DNA of 64,000 bases from Octopus vulgaris (GCA_951406725.2 OX597828.1:68386001-68450000); one strand, 5' to 3'. Shown: positions 41,301 through 53,102, counted from the first letter of the stretch. The notes: generated from the letters alone by a model not told the origin. Program-made: numbers and translations.

Positions 41301-44300
41301 TTCAGGATCGATAAAATAAGTATCAGTTGATCACTGGGGTCAGTGTGATCAATTTACTCCCTCTCCCCAAATTGTTGGCCTCGTGCTAAAATTTGAAAAA
41401 TTATATATGAAAATATATTTGAAAAATATATTGAAAAATTATATTTGAAAAATTTGATAAATTATATTTAAGGTGGCAAACTGGAAGAATTGTTAGCATG
41501 CTGGGCAAAATACTCAACAGCATTTCATCTACCTGTACATTCTGAGTTCAAATTCTGCTGAGGTTGACTTTACCTTTCATCATTTCAGGGTCAATAAAAA
41601 AAGTACTTGTTGAGGGCTGGGGTTGATGTACTTGACTTTCCCCCTGCCCAAAATTTTTTATAAATATGCTTTATTTTTCCAAATTTTAGTCGCAGCAGCA
41701 TCAGGTATCAGTTTGCTGTTAGTGAAATTGTTGGCCGAAATGTTTATAAGGAACAGTATGCTTTCCTTTACAGGTTGGTAGTTATTTTAACTGTTCTTGT
41801 TATTTAACCCCAGGTCAGCTCTGACTGAGAAGACTTATGATTAAAGACATTCTAAATGTGATCATCTCATTTTGTTTTCATGCATTGTGTGCCTTAGGCT
41901 GCATTATCGGGTGTAGTTGTGTAGTTTAAAGAAGATTTGGCCGCTTCTTCTAGCAGAGATTATATAAATGTGTGTGTGTGTGTGTTGCGAGGGGTATTTG
42001 AGGACACTAAATTATCAGTATATTACTCTCTTCAAACCAATTAAAAGGTTTATTTCTTTCAGATTTCCCATGACAGATAAAATGCTAACACAGGAAATAA
42101 AAATACATAAAGTCATTGATGTCAAATGTGCGAAACGTCGATGTTTAGAAATTGCCAACTTTCAAAATACTGCAAGATCTTAAAATTTGGAGCGGATTGG
42201 AGGCCCGTGGCGAGAATATTTCAACCGTATCAAAGAGAAAAAACAACACTCTTCAAAACAAAAACAAACAGCAAAAAGCAAAAACAAAATATTCTCTAAA
42301 ATATATTAACGTTTTACTGTCAACCTTACTGCAACAAGTACATAGATGTGAAGCTATGTTCCGCCAAGGAAGTCTAATAAAATCAAAACAGACACGGAGT
42401 TGTCTCCCATGCTTGCCAGAATAATTAAAATAACATTAGTCATTGATTAATGTTTATTTTTCTTCTCAAATGAACAGTTATTTCCAATGGAATATTTAAT
42501 GGTCTCAGTGTTAATTTACCTGTTAACTAATGGTCTTGGCATAAATTTACCAATTAACTTCTAATCGTACTCTGCTTGGCTTATATTTCATGTTTCAACA
42601 GTTCAGAAAGACGTATAGGTAAAACACAACAAACACAGTAATTAAAAAGAATATACTAATTAACCAGTGCCTAGCTGACACTAAGTAGACTCATGGTTAA
42701 AGATGTTCCAGTTGTGACTACACTTTTGTACTTGTTTTACAGACAGCGTATCCAGGACTACATTATCCTCTTTCTTTACTACCCACAAGGGACTAAACAC
42801 AGAGAGGACAAACAAGGACAGACAAACAGATTAAGTCGATTATATCGACCCCAGTGCGTTAATGGTACTTATTTAATCGACCCCGAAAGGATGAAAGGCA
42901 AAGTCGACCTCGGCGGAATTTGAACTCAAAGCATTTCGCCCGGCGCGCCAACGCTTCTGCCAGCTCGCCGCCTACATTATCCAATCTGTTGTTCTTATTG
43001 AAGATGAGATTTAAGATCTATTTGGTTGTTATTTCTAGAACGTCAGACAAGTACGTAGAGGCTGTCTCGTTGGCTCAAGAGAGCATGCATTTACCATGAT
43101 TGGCGGGAAAGATTCCAAAATGCTGAAATACGTATAGTTCTTTGTGTCTCTGAGGGCAGACATCATTTTCATAGTTGACTGTCCTTAAATATCAAACGTC
43201 TGTATATTTTAGTCGTGTTGCAAACAGCTGCCTTTTGCATTGGCTCCAGACCCAGTTTTTCAGATATTTTAACAAGATGACTTCGTGGCCATCAGCCATC
43301 AGATTAAAAGATATGAAGGCGGAGTTCTCTTAAAAGGCCGATACTTTAGTAAATAAGAATTAAGAAAAAAAATATTAAAGTGGAATGAAAAATTTGCTGT
43401 GGTATGCTGTGTGGCTGAGAATTTCACTTTACGATTACAGGTTTTCTGGATCGTTTTCTACCATGGCCTTAGATTGAACAAAACCTTTTAAGTAGAACTA
43501 GCACTATGACCCGGCAACGCCGGGTCATAGTGCTAGTGCATGCATATACAGCTGCGTGCGTGCGCACATACACGCGAGTACTGTCCAAATCTCCGACCAA
43601 TCACACACAGCTAGCTGGCCTATCAAGTTTCGGGCATTTTGATTGGGTCTTGGATAGAAAATTCACAAAAAAGTCACTTCTATTGATTTTTTAATGGCTT
43701 TGCGGGGTGACTGGGGAAATGTAAAAATGTGCACGACCACCCTTGGACGGTTTTGAATGACCATAGAAAGTGCGAGCCCTCTAATGGAAAAATTATGGAT
43801 TTGTATAAAGGACACGCACACACAGACAGACAGACATTTTGCCGTTTATATATAGAGGGATTTAGTAGACAGAGACTGTTTGAAAATCAGTCGGTACAAC
43901 CATTCTAGTTTTTGGTGGTCGACGTAATTCGTAGCTCGGCTTAACTCCACTTTCTAGTCTGTGGTTATCTGTAGTGGAGTCCACTCTGTTGGAAGCATTC
44001 TGATCAAGTATGAAGATAACTCTCTCCTCTTTCACCAGTCAAGGGGTCACTTCCTTCTACTATTCTACAAAGAAGAGCTAAAATTTGTATAGGGAAGAGT
44101 AGGTACAAAGGGTCCAGATGATAATAACTGATATCGATCCCAATTAAATGATGATGACAAAATCTACTTTAGTGAAATTTAGATTAAGAACGTGGAGCTG
44201 TTAAAACCAAATGCTTCATTGTTGGCCAACGGACGAACGTCTATTGTTAAGTTCTGATCGTACTCTGCTTGGCTTATATTTCATTTGTCAACAGTCCAGA

Positions 44301-47300
44301 AAGACGTACAGGTAAGACACAACAAACACAGTAATTAAAAAGAATACACTAATTAACCAGTGCCTAGCTGACACTTAGTAGACTTATGGTTAAAGATGTT
44401 CCAGTTGTGACTTGACTTGCTAGAAATAGCAACTAAATTTCCTCCAAAAGAAAATTCACCATCTTAAAAAAGGGAACCACTGGATAATGTTTTCCTGGAT
44501 ACACTATATCCGAAAAATAAAAAAAAAAAGACGAGATGGTCATGGTTAGAAAGTATTTCATAATAGGTCTGGGATTAAACAGCAAATACTATAGTCTTCA
44601 ACACATCCGTTTCGATGTTTCCATGCTCACAGATCTAAAATCTTTTAGAAAAATTTCCTCTTTCATCTTTTTTTCCAGAACAAATGGAAAGGTCAAATTG
44701 TTGAATAATTATACGTACAATGACGGCAAAGAAGAAAATAAAAACGATCTTTTCTCTCGTGAACCATTCGTCGCACACTTTGAAGTTCCTTGTACAAGTA
44801 GGTTTTGGTCACAATTCATTGCGTTTCTTTATTTATCAAAAATATTGTAACCTTCCCAAATGACATCAAACATTATAAACATTTCATTTTTATTCTTTTC
44901 ATTATTCATAAAACATTATAAACAATTCATTTTATTTCTTTCATTTTATTCCTTTGACTCACCCGCCCCCTCGAATCTTGTGCCAAAATTCGAAACTTAT
45001 ATTATGGTTATGTTTGTTTTCAATTCTTATATCGTGGCACTCCGTCGGTTACGACGACGAGGGTTCCAGTTGAGCCGATCCACGGAACAGCCTGCTCGCG
45101 AAATTAACGTGCAAGTGGCTGAGCACTCCACAGACACGTGTTCCCTAAACGTAGTCCTCGGGGAGATTCTGCGTGACACAGAGTGTGACAAGGCTGGCCC
45201 CTTTGAAATACAGGTACAACAGAAACAGGAAGAAAGAGTGAGAGAAATACAGGAAGAAAGATGTGATCGTTTAAAAACCTTTGGAGGCGTTGCTCCAATC
45301 TGATGATTGAGAGCAGCAAAAATAATGAAAGAAAACATTTATTTATTTATTTACAGAATTCAAAAAGTTTACCTTGGTTGGGGTTCATATTAGTCCTGAC
45401 GAAGCTGTTGAAGAGATAAAGTTACTGGAGAAAGTTCACGATAGTGTGTCCAGAAAGTTCCGCACCAGCAACGTTATTATCATGGGTGACATGAATGCTG
45501 ACTGTGGTTATTTCCGTGAATCTAAATGGCAAGAAGTACCGATGCGCCGAAGTTCGGCCTACACGTGGCCCATTTGTGACGATGTCGACACTACAGTTAA
45601 AGGGACACATTGCGCTTATGACAGGTAAGTTCCCTGGAATAAAAGGGAGATTGCTGTAGGACGATAAATAATTATTGATGAACACTTAATGTTTATGTAT
45701 TGAGTGCGGTTGAGCTCTAGGCAACCCTTCCAAATACTGGAATCTGGTGATTGTATCAGAGATCTGTAGCATTGGATTCGATCTCACGTTCTACCACATT
45801 GAAATCACATTTTGATCATGTGCGCAAACCCATTCGTTATCCAATTGTTCACGTGATTGTTCGGTAGTTTGTCAACTTTTCGTGAACAACAGCCGTTGAT
45901 TGGATAACAATTAAGAGGCGGCGAGCTGGCAGAAACGTTAACACGCCGGACGAAATGCGTAGCCGTATTTCGTCTGCCGTTACGTTCTGAGTTCAATGTG
46001 TGAAATGCCTCGAAAGCTTTTGTTGTGAAAAGGAAGCTAGAAAGATTCGAGGTAAATAAAGTCTGTACGAAGAAGACGACGACGAATTCTGTTGAGATTT
46101 TTGATTAACAGAATTTCGTTCTTTTCCTACACAAAACCCCTCCACGAATATTGTCGTTATTATGAGCGACAAAACGCCAAGAGTTTAGAATGTTATTGTT
46201 TTTCGGGGTAGCAGATAAAGGGTCAGCCGCTTGCCGGCTGCTGACGTTTAATGTCGTTCGTCCTCTGACCCCTCTTTTTCTCAACCTCTTGATTAATAAA
46301 GAAACTGACTGTTCATTGCCTTTAATGCTGTTAGCTGTTGTTCGCCGTCTCTTTTGGTCAACACCTATAGTGTCTGCCAATATCCTCTCCCTGCTTATAT
46401 CTCAAGGTTCTCTGTCTTGCAGTGAGTCGCAACATCGGGGGATTGCTGAATGTTCCCGCTACAAATCTATTTTGCTTAATTTTCTGCTTATTTTCTCATT
46501 TCAGATTTATTGTTGGAGGACGTGATTTAAGGAATTCCTACGTTCCTGGGTATGCCAAAGCCTTTCGCTTTGACGAAGCATTTCGGATGAAACCAGAGGC
46601 GGTAATTATTTGTTATTGTTGCTATGGTAGTTTAGCTCTTGATCAGCCTCTAATTAAAGGCTCCCAATGTTTAAGGTACACACGTATCCTTTCCCTTTTA
46701 ACCTGTCCTGTGTATCCCACGAGAGACATAGGACATATTACCCTGGCGTCCATACATCATATATGATACACGTTTCCAATTTTCTTTTCAACTACCAGAG
46801 TAACTTGGGACTCATGAAAGAAAAGCTTTATATTACTTAGAAAGTATGAAGCAAGGGCTAACCAAAACTCTGAAAACAATCATGGACGTTTAGGACAAAC
46901 GAAAATGCTTTGGATTGGCAAAAGGTTGAGTAGAGCAGGGGTCCGCAGCATTTTTTTTTTCATCTAAGAGTCACTTTGATTGCTTTCTTATTCTGGTGAA
47001 CCCCCATACTCATTCGATGTTTAAAAACTAGTTTTATACTTTCAAAATTCCTATTTTGCTATTCACACATTGACCTTATGTAGGTTGAACTATGTAAAAT
47101 GTTAGAGAAAGAAACCTAGCTGTTTCTTGCAATACATATCAATACGTACATCTACAGCAAAAGTTTTTCCAGGGTCGGGCCCCTCAAAATCTTGTATGGA
47201 CTCCCAGGAGCCATATGAACGCCTGTTGAGAACCACTTGAATAGAGTATGATTTGAGTGAATTTCACTGCTATTTCTCGCCGATGAATTCACCCTCGTTC

Positions 47301-49449
47301 ATTCAGTAGCCATAGAGACAGCTAGGTAAATGGGGGGGGGAGATAGATGAATTGATGGATGATCATACCACGATTCCCCGAGACCAGCTAGCCATGTATC
47401 CATTCCACTCGATGCGATTCGCACTCCCCGCATCTCCTCCTATCATTCTTGACCTCGACACAAAATATTTCTGCTAATCTTTTCTCCCCCAGTACTTCAC
47501 CCTTCTAAAAGTACCGCCTATATATGTCCCACATTCTTCCCCACATTCTACACCAACCTACCTACGTTTAGATTGAATCATGGTTGTTTACTCTGTTGCG
47601 AATATTAGGTCCAGATCTCTTCTCTGAGAACAATTTCCTCACTTACAGTTCTATATTTAAGAGATGAGGAATTATGTACATTATTTACATTATTTACATT
47701 ATTTACATTCGACGGATATTTGTCCTCATCTTGTTTGTTGGTAACACAACGTTTCGGCTGATATACCCTCCAGTCTTCACCAGGTGTCTTGGGGGAAATT
47801 TCGAACCTCGGTTTTCATTCCTAAGGCATTTTTTTTCGATGTTATTATTAATTTCTTCACTTTCTACTACCCTACCCCCACCCGGTCTGGGGAAGGGTGC
47901 TTTGTAAAAATCAAGGTAGTTGTGTCACCCAACACCTCTGAGTATTTTACTGGAAAACATCAGAACAATCTGAATTGGTATAAAATGACAATATAACGAG
48001 TAGGGACATTGTGATTAAAGGACAACGTTCTAGAAAGACATATTTGGCTTATGGGCGGCGAGCTGGCAGAAACGTTAGCACACCGGGTGGAATGCGAATC
48101 CGTATTTCGTCTGTCGTTACGTTCTGAGAGTTCAAATTCCGCCGAGGTCGACTTTGCCTTTCATCCTTTCGGAGTCGATAAATTAAGTACCAGCTACGCA
48201 CTGGGGTCGATGTAATCGACTTAATCCCTTTGTTTGTTCTTGTTTGTCCCCTTTATGTTTTGCCCCTTGTGGGTAGTAAAGAAATAATATTTGGCTTATG
48301 GGAGAGAGGTCCTTTTTTCATTCAAAACGATATGTGGGTTACGTATGGGTGAGATGTAGGTGATACGTGAGCGATATTTGGGTGATGTATGGGTGACGTG
48401 TGGGTAACATGTCTTTTTCGGGACACAAGTGAAATATTGATTCGAACTCACACCGAATATTTGGCTCATTGGAGAATATTTACCCTCAAACCCTTGTTAC
48501 TTAAGGGGCCAACGACAGGACGTCTACATGGTTAACAGCTAAATAAATCTCCCTCAAATAATAACTTTTAATGAAAGAAAGTATACGTATAAATTATGTC
48601 TGAAAGATAAGAAATGTCTGAAAGAAAACAAGATTCAGGGCATGAGTATCAAAACATCACAATCTTCTCTGTGACCTTGGTATGAAACGAAAGAAAGTTT
48701 GATCTTGAAATCCTCGTCCTCCTCCTTCTCGTCGTCGTCGTCGTCCTCCTCCCCTTCCTCCTCTTCCTCCTCTTCCTCTTCTTCTTCCTCTTCTTCTTCC
48801 TCTTCTTCTTCCTCTTCTTCTTCTTCCTCTTCTTCTTCCTTTTCTTCTTCTTCTTCTTCTTCTTCTTCTTCTTCTTCTTCTCCCTCCGCCTCCGCCTCCT
48901 CTTCTTCCTCTTCCTCTTCTTCTTCTTCTTCTTCTTCTTCCTCCTCTTCTCCCCCCGCCTCCGCCTCCGCCTCTTCTTCTTCTTCTTCTTCTTCTTCTTC
49001 TTCTTCTCCCTCCGCCTCCGCCTCCTCTTCTCCCTCCGCCTCCGCCTCCGCCTCCTCTTCTCCCCCGCCTCCGCCTCCTCTCCTTCCTCTTCCTCTTCTT
49101 CCTCTTCCTCTTCTTCTTCCTCTCCTTCTCCTTCTCCTTCTTCTTCTTCTTCTTCTTCCTCCTCCTCCTCTTCTCCCTCCGCCTCCGCCTCCTCTTCTCC
49201 CTCCGCCTCCGCCTCCTCTTCTCCCCCGCCTCCGCCTCCTCTCCTTCCTCTTCCTCTTCTTCCTCTTCCTCTTCTTCTTCCTCTCCTTCTCCTTCTCCTT
49301 CTTCTTCTTCTTCTTCTTCCTCCTCCTCCTCTTCTCCCTCCGCCTCCGCCTCCTCTTCTCCCTCCGCCTCCGCCTCCTCTTCTCCCCCCGCCTCCGCCTC
49401 CTCTCCTTCCTCTTCCTCTTCTTCTTCTTCCTCTTCTTCTTCTTCCTCT

Positions 49450-49481
<32 letters not shown>

Positions 49482-49689
49482 TTCTTCTTCCTCCTCCTCC
49501 TCCTCCTCCTCCTCCTCCTCCTTATTCGTGCCTCTATTACATCTAGAAAGGTAAACAGTTATAATTATAGCATCATATTAATTTTTCTCTCTCTTCTTCT
49601 TCCAGGCTGAAGCCGTTAGCGATCATTATCCAATTGAAATAGTTTTTGAAAATAAATGTGGAAAATCGCCGGACAGTGTGGTTGGCTAA
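35385..49689 (+). CDS. DNASE1: Deoxyribonuclease I family protein (secreted), 7 coding exons, 294 aa
   Basis: Exons 35385-35528, 38528-38616, 41690-41773, 44679-44797, 45357-45624, 46505-46601, 49606-49689 (885 nt, in frame). Signal peptide followed by [71 protein letters not shown]. Catalytic E39, H134, D168, D212 and H252 equivalents are all present. Confidence 0.96.
37606..38007 (+). mobile_element. tRNA-derived SINE family 2 with an internal microsatellite
   Basis: ggagtggctgtgtggtaag (A box)...gggttcagtccc (B box), (GTAAAAGA) tail; a 5'-truncated copy lies at 3354-3680. Confidence 0.8.
38528..38616 (+). CDS. DNASE1: DNase I-like exon 2 (89 nt)
   Basis: tttcag|ATCATC...GAATTA|gtaagt; [29 protein letters not shown]. 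Confidence 0.94.
39695..39790. repeat. Minisatellite, 6 exact copies of the 16-bp unit ATGTTCCTTGGGCTGT
   Basis: Directly visible in DNase intron 2. Confidence 0.95.
41690..41773 (+). CDS. DNASE1: DNase I-like exon 3 (84 nt)
   Basis: ttttag|TCGCAGC...TACAG|gttggt; [29 protein letters not shown]. Confidence 0.9.
43498..43856 (-). mobile_element. Non-autonomous Helitron-like element, copy 4 (inside an older SINE, DNase intron 3)
   Basis: Perfect terminal hairpin ctagcactatgacccggc-aac-gccgggtcatagtgctag. Confidence 0.8.
44679..44797 (+). CDS. DNASE1: DNase I-like exon 4 (119 nt)
   Basis: ttccag|AACAAAT...TACAA|gtaggt; [39 protein letters not shown]. Confidence 0.93.
45357..45624 (+). CDS. 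DNASE1: DNase I-like exon 5 (268 nt)
   Basis: ttacag|AATTC...GACAG|gtaagt; [19 protein letters not shown]...[10 protein letters not shown]...[13 protein letters not shown]. Confidence 0.96.
46505..46601 (+). CDS. DNASE1: DNase I-like exon 6 (97 nt)
   Basis: tttcag|ATTTATT...GAGGCG|gtaatt; [32 protein letters not shown]. Confidence 0.92.
46936..47238. mobile_element. hAT (Charlie-like) MITE
   Basis: Degenerate TIRs CAGGGGTCCGCAGC / GTTGAGAACCACTT with an 8-bp TSD, GAGTAGAG / GAATAGAG. Confidence 0.6.
47655..47855 (-). repeat. Penelope-like terminal repeat fragment with a degenerate minimal hammerhead
   Basis: Minus strand reads GACAC-CTGGTGA-A-GACTG..CAGCC-GAAA-CG-TT-GTGTT at 47744-47788. 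Confidence 0.6.
48054..48286 (+). mobile_element. tRNA-derived SINE family 1, young full-length copy
   Basis: ggcggcgagctggcagaaacgttagc...gagttcaaattcc (B box)...tttcatcctttcggagtcgataaa; 14-bp TSD atatttggcttatg. Other copies at ~10618-10852(-), 10945-11550 (3 degenerate), 17480-17710, 23535-23705, 28235-28362, 38878-39110, 40960-41650 (3 degenerate), 42770-42972(-), 45915-45995, 51200-51345(-). Confidence 0.85.
48711..49521. repeat. ~810-bp polypyrimidine compound trinucleotide tract (TCT/TCC/CCG-based)
   Basis: Almost no A on the + strand; ends ~85 bp before the last DNase acceptor. Confidence 0.95.
49606..49689 (+). CDS. DNASE1: DNase I-like exon 7 (terminal)
   Basis: ttccag|GCTGAAGCC...GGCTAA; [27 protein letters not shown]. 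Confidence 0.95.
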   Translation, partial: AEAVSDHYPIEIVFENKCGKSPDSVVG

Positions 49690-49698
49690 AGAGATTCA

Positions 49699-49790
49699 AA
49701 TAAAAGAACAGCCCTTAAATAATAAACACTTCTTCAAATTTTATATTGTATTCTTGTTGTTCTTTGAGGTTTTGGCTTTTCGAGTTTTAT
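49699..49790 (+). terminator. Polyadenylation signals of the DNase gene
   Basis: AATAAA at 49699 and 49721, followed by a GU/U-rich downstream element (ttgtattcttgttgttctttg). Confidence 0.6.
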
Positions 49791-50049
49791 TTTAGTTTGT
49801 CGTTCAACCAGATATCCAATTGATAATCGATGACTGATCAATGCAACTTACCTGAAATCGAACTCAGTAAGATGTTTGAACAGAGATCACAAAATAAATG
49901 AAGTTAACGAAATATCGCAAGACCTAGGTCAACTTTGCTATTCATCAGTCCAGGATCAATAAAATAAGTACCAGCCGACTACTGGGGTCAATGGTATTGA
50001 TTAATCCCTCAACTTATAATTGCTGGCCTTGTGCCAAAAAATTTCAAGC

Positions 50050-50107
<58 letters not shown>

Positions 50108-50361
50108 TCAACATCCTTAAACAACCCTTATTCAGGGACATTTTGAGCGGGATGAGCTACTCGACCTAAAGAAAATTGTAACCGAACCCCACCTGCAAGG
50201 TCATGTGCTGTTTATCTTGATATGAGATCACCATGTCGCGCACATATGGTTGTGATGCACGTGCCTGGTGTACCCTTATCACACGGGTAGGCATGATGGG
50301 TATACTGGGCCTCGTATAATTTATCCTAGTTACTTTGATGGCATGCACTACCTTTTCACTC

Positions 50362-50400
<39 letters not shown>

Positions 50401-50401
<1 letters not shown>

Positions 50402-51074
50402 GACTGAGAGCGCTATGCTGGTAGCGCAAGACCTAGCTTTGGCCAAATGCAGAATGTGTTAGAGGGGGGAAACACTATGGCACATCGTTAGCGAATACCC
50501 GAAATTGGCACAGCGCGAATGCAAAAGACTCTATAATAATGAGGCAAGAATGATTCATTGGGAGCTTTGTGGAAATCACGGCCTTTAAAGAGAAAAGACG
50601 TGGTATGAGCAAGCCCAGAAGGAGTCACCGAGAATGAGAATTGCAAAATACTGTGAGATGCAATGATCCAGTGCGATCACCTGACCAGACATCGGAAACA
50701 GGACATTGTTGTGGTGACTAAAAAGAAAGAACATGTATGATAATCGACATAGGAAGCCCCGGTGACAAAAGGGTCAATGTGAAAGAAGAAGAAAAAATAA
50801 ACAGCTTTGACGGTTTGAAGTGGGAAATACAAAGGTTGTGGTCAATGAAGAGAGTAGAGGTGATACCCAGGGTAATTGGTGCACTTGGAAGTATCAGCAC
50901 TCAACTACCAACATGGTGCAAGTGTGAAGGTAGAACACCTACAAAAACCAGCATTGCTTGGAACTGCAAGAATTCTTCGCAAGGTTCTTGAAGCATGACC
51001 AGTAAACAAGTGTCACGTTAGTCTGTTGGCTGTGGACAGCTGACACTTTCCATCATGCCTAGCAATACAAGCTG

Positions 51075-51080
<6 letters not shown>
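50401..51080 (+). mobile_element. R4/Dong-type non-LTR retrotransposon 3' fragment A (degenerate)
   Basis: ETES..VAQD, CRMC..ETLWHIVS, IHWELC, IIDIGSPGD...EEEKIN...VIGALG; bounded by (AAT)n on both sides. Confidence 0.8.
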
Positions 51081-51133
<53 letters not shown>

Positions 51134-51137
51134 TAAC

Positions 51138-51199
<62 letters not shown>

Positions 51200-51344
51200 T
51201 CCTTACTACTATAGGCACAAGACATGAATTTTGTGGGAATGGGGTAAGTCGATGTAATTGACCCCAGTATTCGACTGGTACTTCATTTATCGACCCCGGA
51301 AGAAAAAAGGCAAAGTCGGCCTCGGCGGAGTTTGAAATCAGAAT

Positions 51345-51890
51345 GGCCTGATGCAGTGCCAGGCAGTAGCTCTCATGGCTTTTGACCTTAACTGATTGGA
51401 AGTGTTATGTTTTAACTTGCTATAAAAGATGGCCTACAGCAAATATTCTGTTCAATACCACAGATTTGCTTGTTAGTTGCTTGACTTTAACCAGTTGAGC
51501 ATATCTCCAGGTGGCTGATGGTATATGAATCTCTGATCACGAGCAGAAGTAGTGGGGGAGCATCACAGCCATGTGTTGAGAAGAATTCTTTGGAATTTGA
51601 ATAATTCATCTCTGGAAACATGGGTGTTTTGTTCATCATCTTTAAACAAACCTTATTCAGCGACCTTTTGAACGGGATGGGCTACTCAACCTGAAGAAAA
51701 TTCTTACTGGGCCCCAACTGTAAAGTCTCGTGCAGTTTGTTTAGATATGAGATCACCGTGTCGCGCATATATGGTTGGGATGCGTGTGCCTGGTGTACCC
51801 TTATCAGACGAGTAGTCATGATGGGTATAGTGGGCTTCGTGTATTTTGTACACCAGTGTCACTTTGATGGCATGCATTGCTCTCTCACTC
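51345..51890 (+). mobile_element. Unclassified non-coding repeat ending at (AAT)n; second copy at 50108-50361
   Basis: The two copies share ...gggatg(g/a)gctactc(a/g)acct...tgtacccttatca...gcatgca...cactc|aataat. Confidence 0.6.
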
Positions 51891-51904
51891 AATAATGATA
51901 ATAT

Positions 51905-52610
51905 TTGTAAGTGTAGAGACCATCTCGTCTCGGGATGTCCCGTGCTGACACCAAACGAATACAAAATCGCCACGATAGGGTAGGACAGTATTTACTTTGA
52001 GAAATATGTAAATACTACAAAATAAGCATTCCTGCTTACTGGTATGAGCATTATCCTGAGCCAGTTGTTGAAGGTAAAAGGCCACTATCCCCTGGGATTT
52101 TCCAATCAACACCGACAGAGTGATCCAGGCTAATCGACCTGACATAATCAATAAAGACGGGGAAGAAAATACTTGTAGACTAATAGATGTAAGTGTTCCC
52201 ACTGATAAAAATATATCTGTAAAGGAATTTGATAAATTATGTAAATATAAGGACCTAGAAATTGAAATACAAAAGATGCAGTATTTTAAAGCGAGAAATG
52301 TTCCTGTTATTGCGGGTGCCCTAGGTATGATAAGAAAGGGATGTCAGAAACATCTAGATAATATCCCTGGAGAACCATGTCTCAGAGAAATCCAAAAGAT
52401 TGTGATGACAAGTACTGCCCACATCCTTAGAAAAACTCTATTAATTTAAATGTCTGTGTTGTATTACTTGAAGATATTTCGCTTCTGTCCCTGTCACTTC
52501 CCCTCCCCAAACGTTTAGTCATACTGTAACATCTCTTATGCTTCACTTTCTCTAGGACGTTGGGTGTGTCTCGGCAAGTGATTTTAACAAACATGCAAAT
52601 TAAAAGTAAA
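51905..52610 (+). mobile_element. R4/Dong-type 3' fragment B
   Basis: HLVSGCPVL..RHDRVG, NRPDII...LIDVSVPTD...KYKDLEIEIQKM...GALG...TAHILRKTL; ends at (GAT/AAT)n. Confidence 0.85.
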
Positions 52611-52666
52611 TGATGATGATGATGATGATGGTGATGGTGATGGTGATGATGATGATGATGATGATG

Positions 52667-52705
<39 letters not shown>

Positions 52706-53030
52706 GGTATCCTGGGAATGATAGCAAAAGGGGCTGATTGCTACCTAGCTCAGATCCAGGAAGCCCCAAAATGGTAGAAATTTTAAAGATAGTACTCATG
52801 GGAACTGCCCATATCCTACGCAAAATACTTTCTATATAATTTCAAGTTTTAAAACAAACATAATTTTCTTATGGTTTCTTAAACATTCTCTAGAACAACA
52901 CTATGTACAAAACCAAACATATGGCACCCTAAGCATAACACCAACATGAACTTCCAACTTGTTGTCTCTTGAGGTCTCTGGGTGAGACTTGGAGCCAACT
53001 TGTACAAATATAAAGCAAAAGTCAAACATA
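52706..53030 (+). mobile_element. R4/Dong-type 3' fragment C (short)
   Basis: PGSPKMVEILKIVLMGTAHILRKIL plus a distinct 3'UTR, between (AAT)n runs. Confidence 0.7.

Positions 53031-53102
<72 letters not shown>

Noticed and set aside
48699-49610. 303-aa Ser/Pro/Leu/Phe-rich ORF
   Set aside because: Translation of the intronic polypyrimidine tract; only its last bases overlap the real DNase exon, in another frame.
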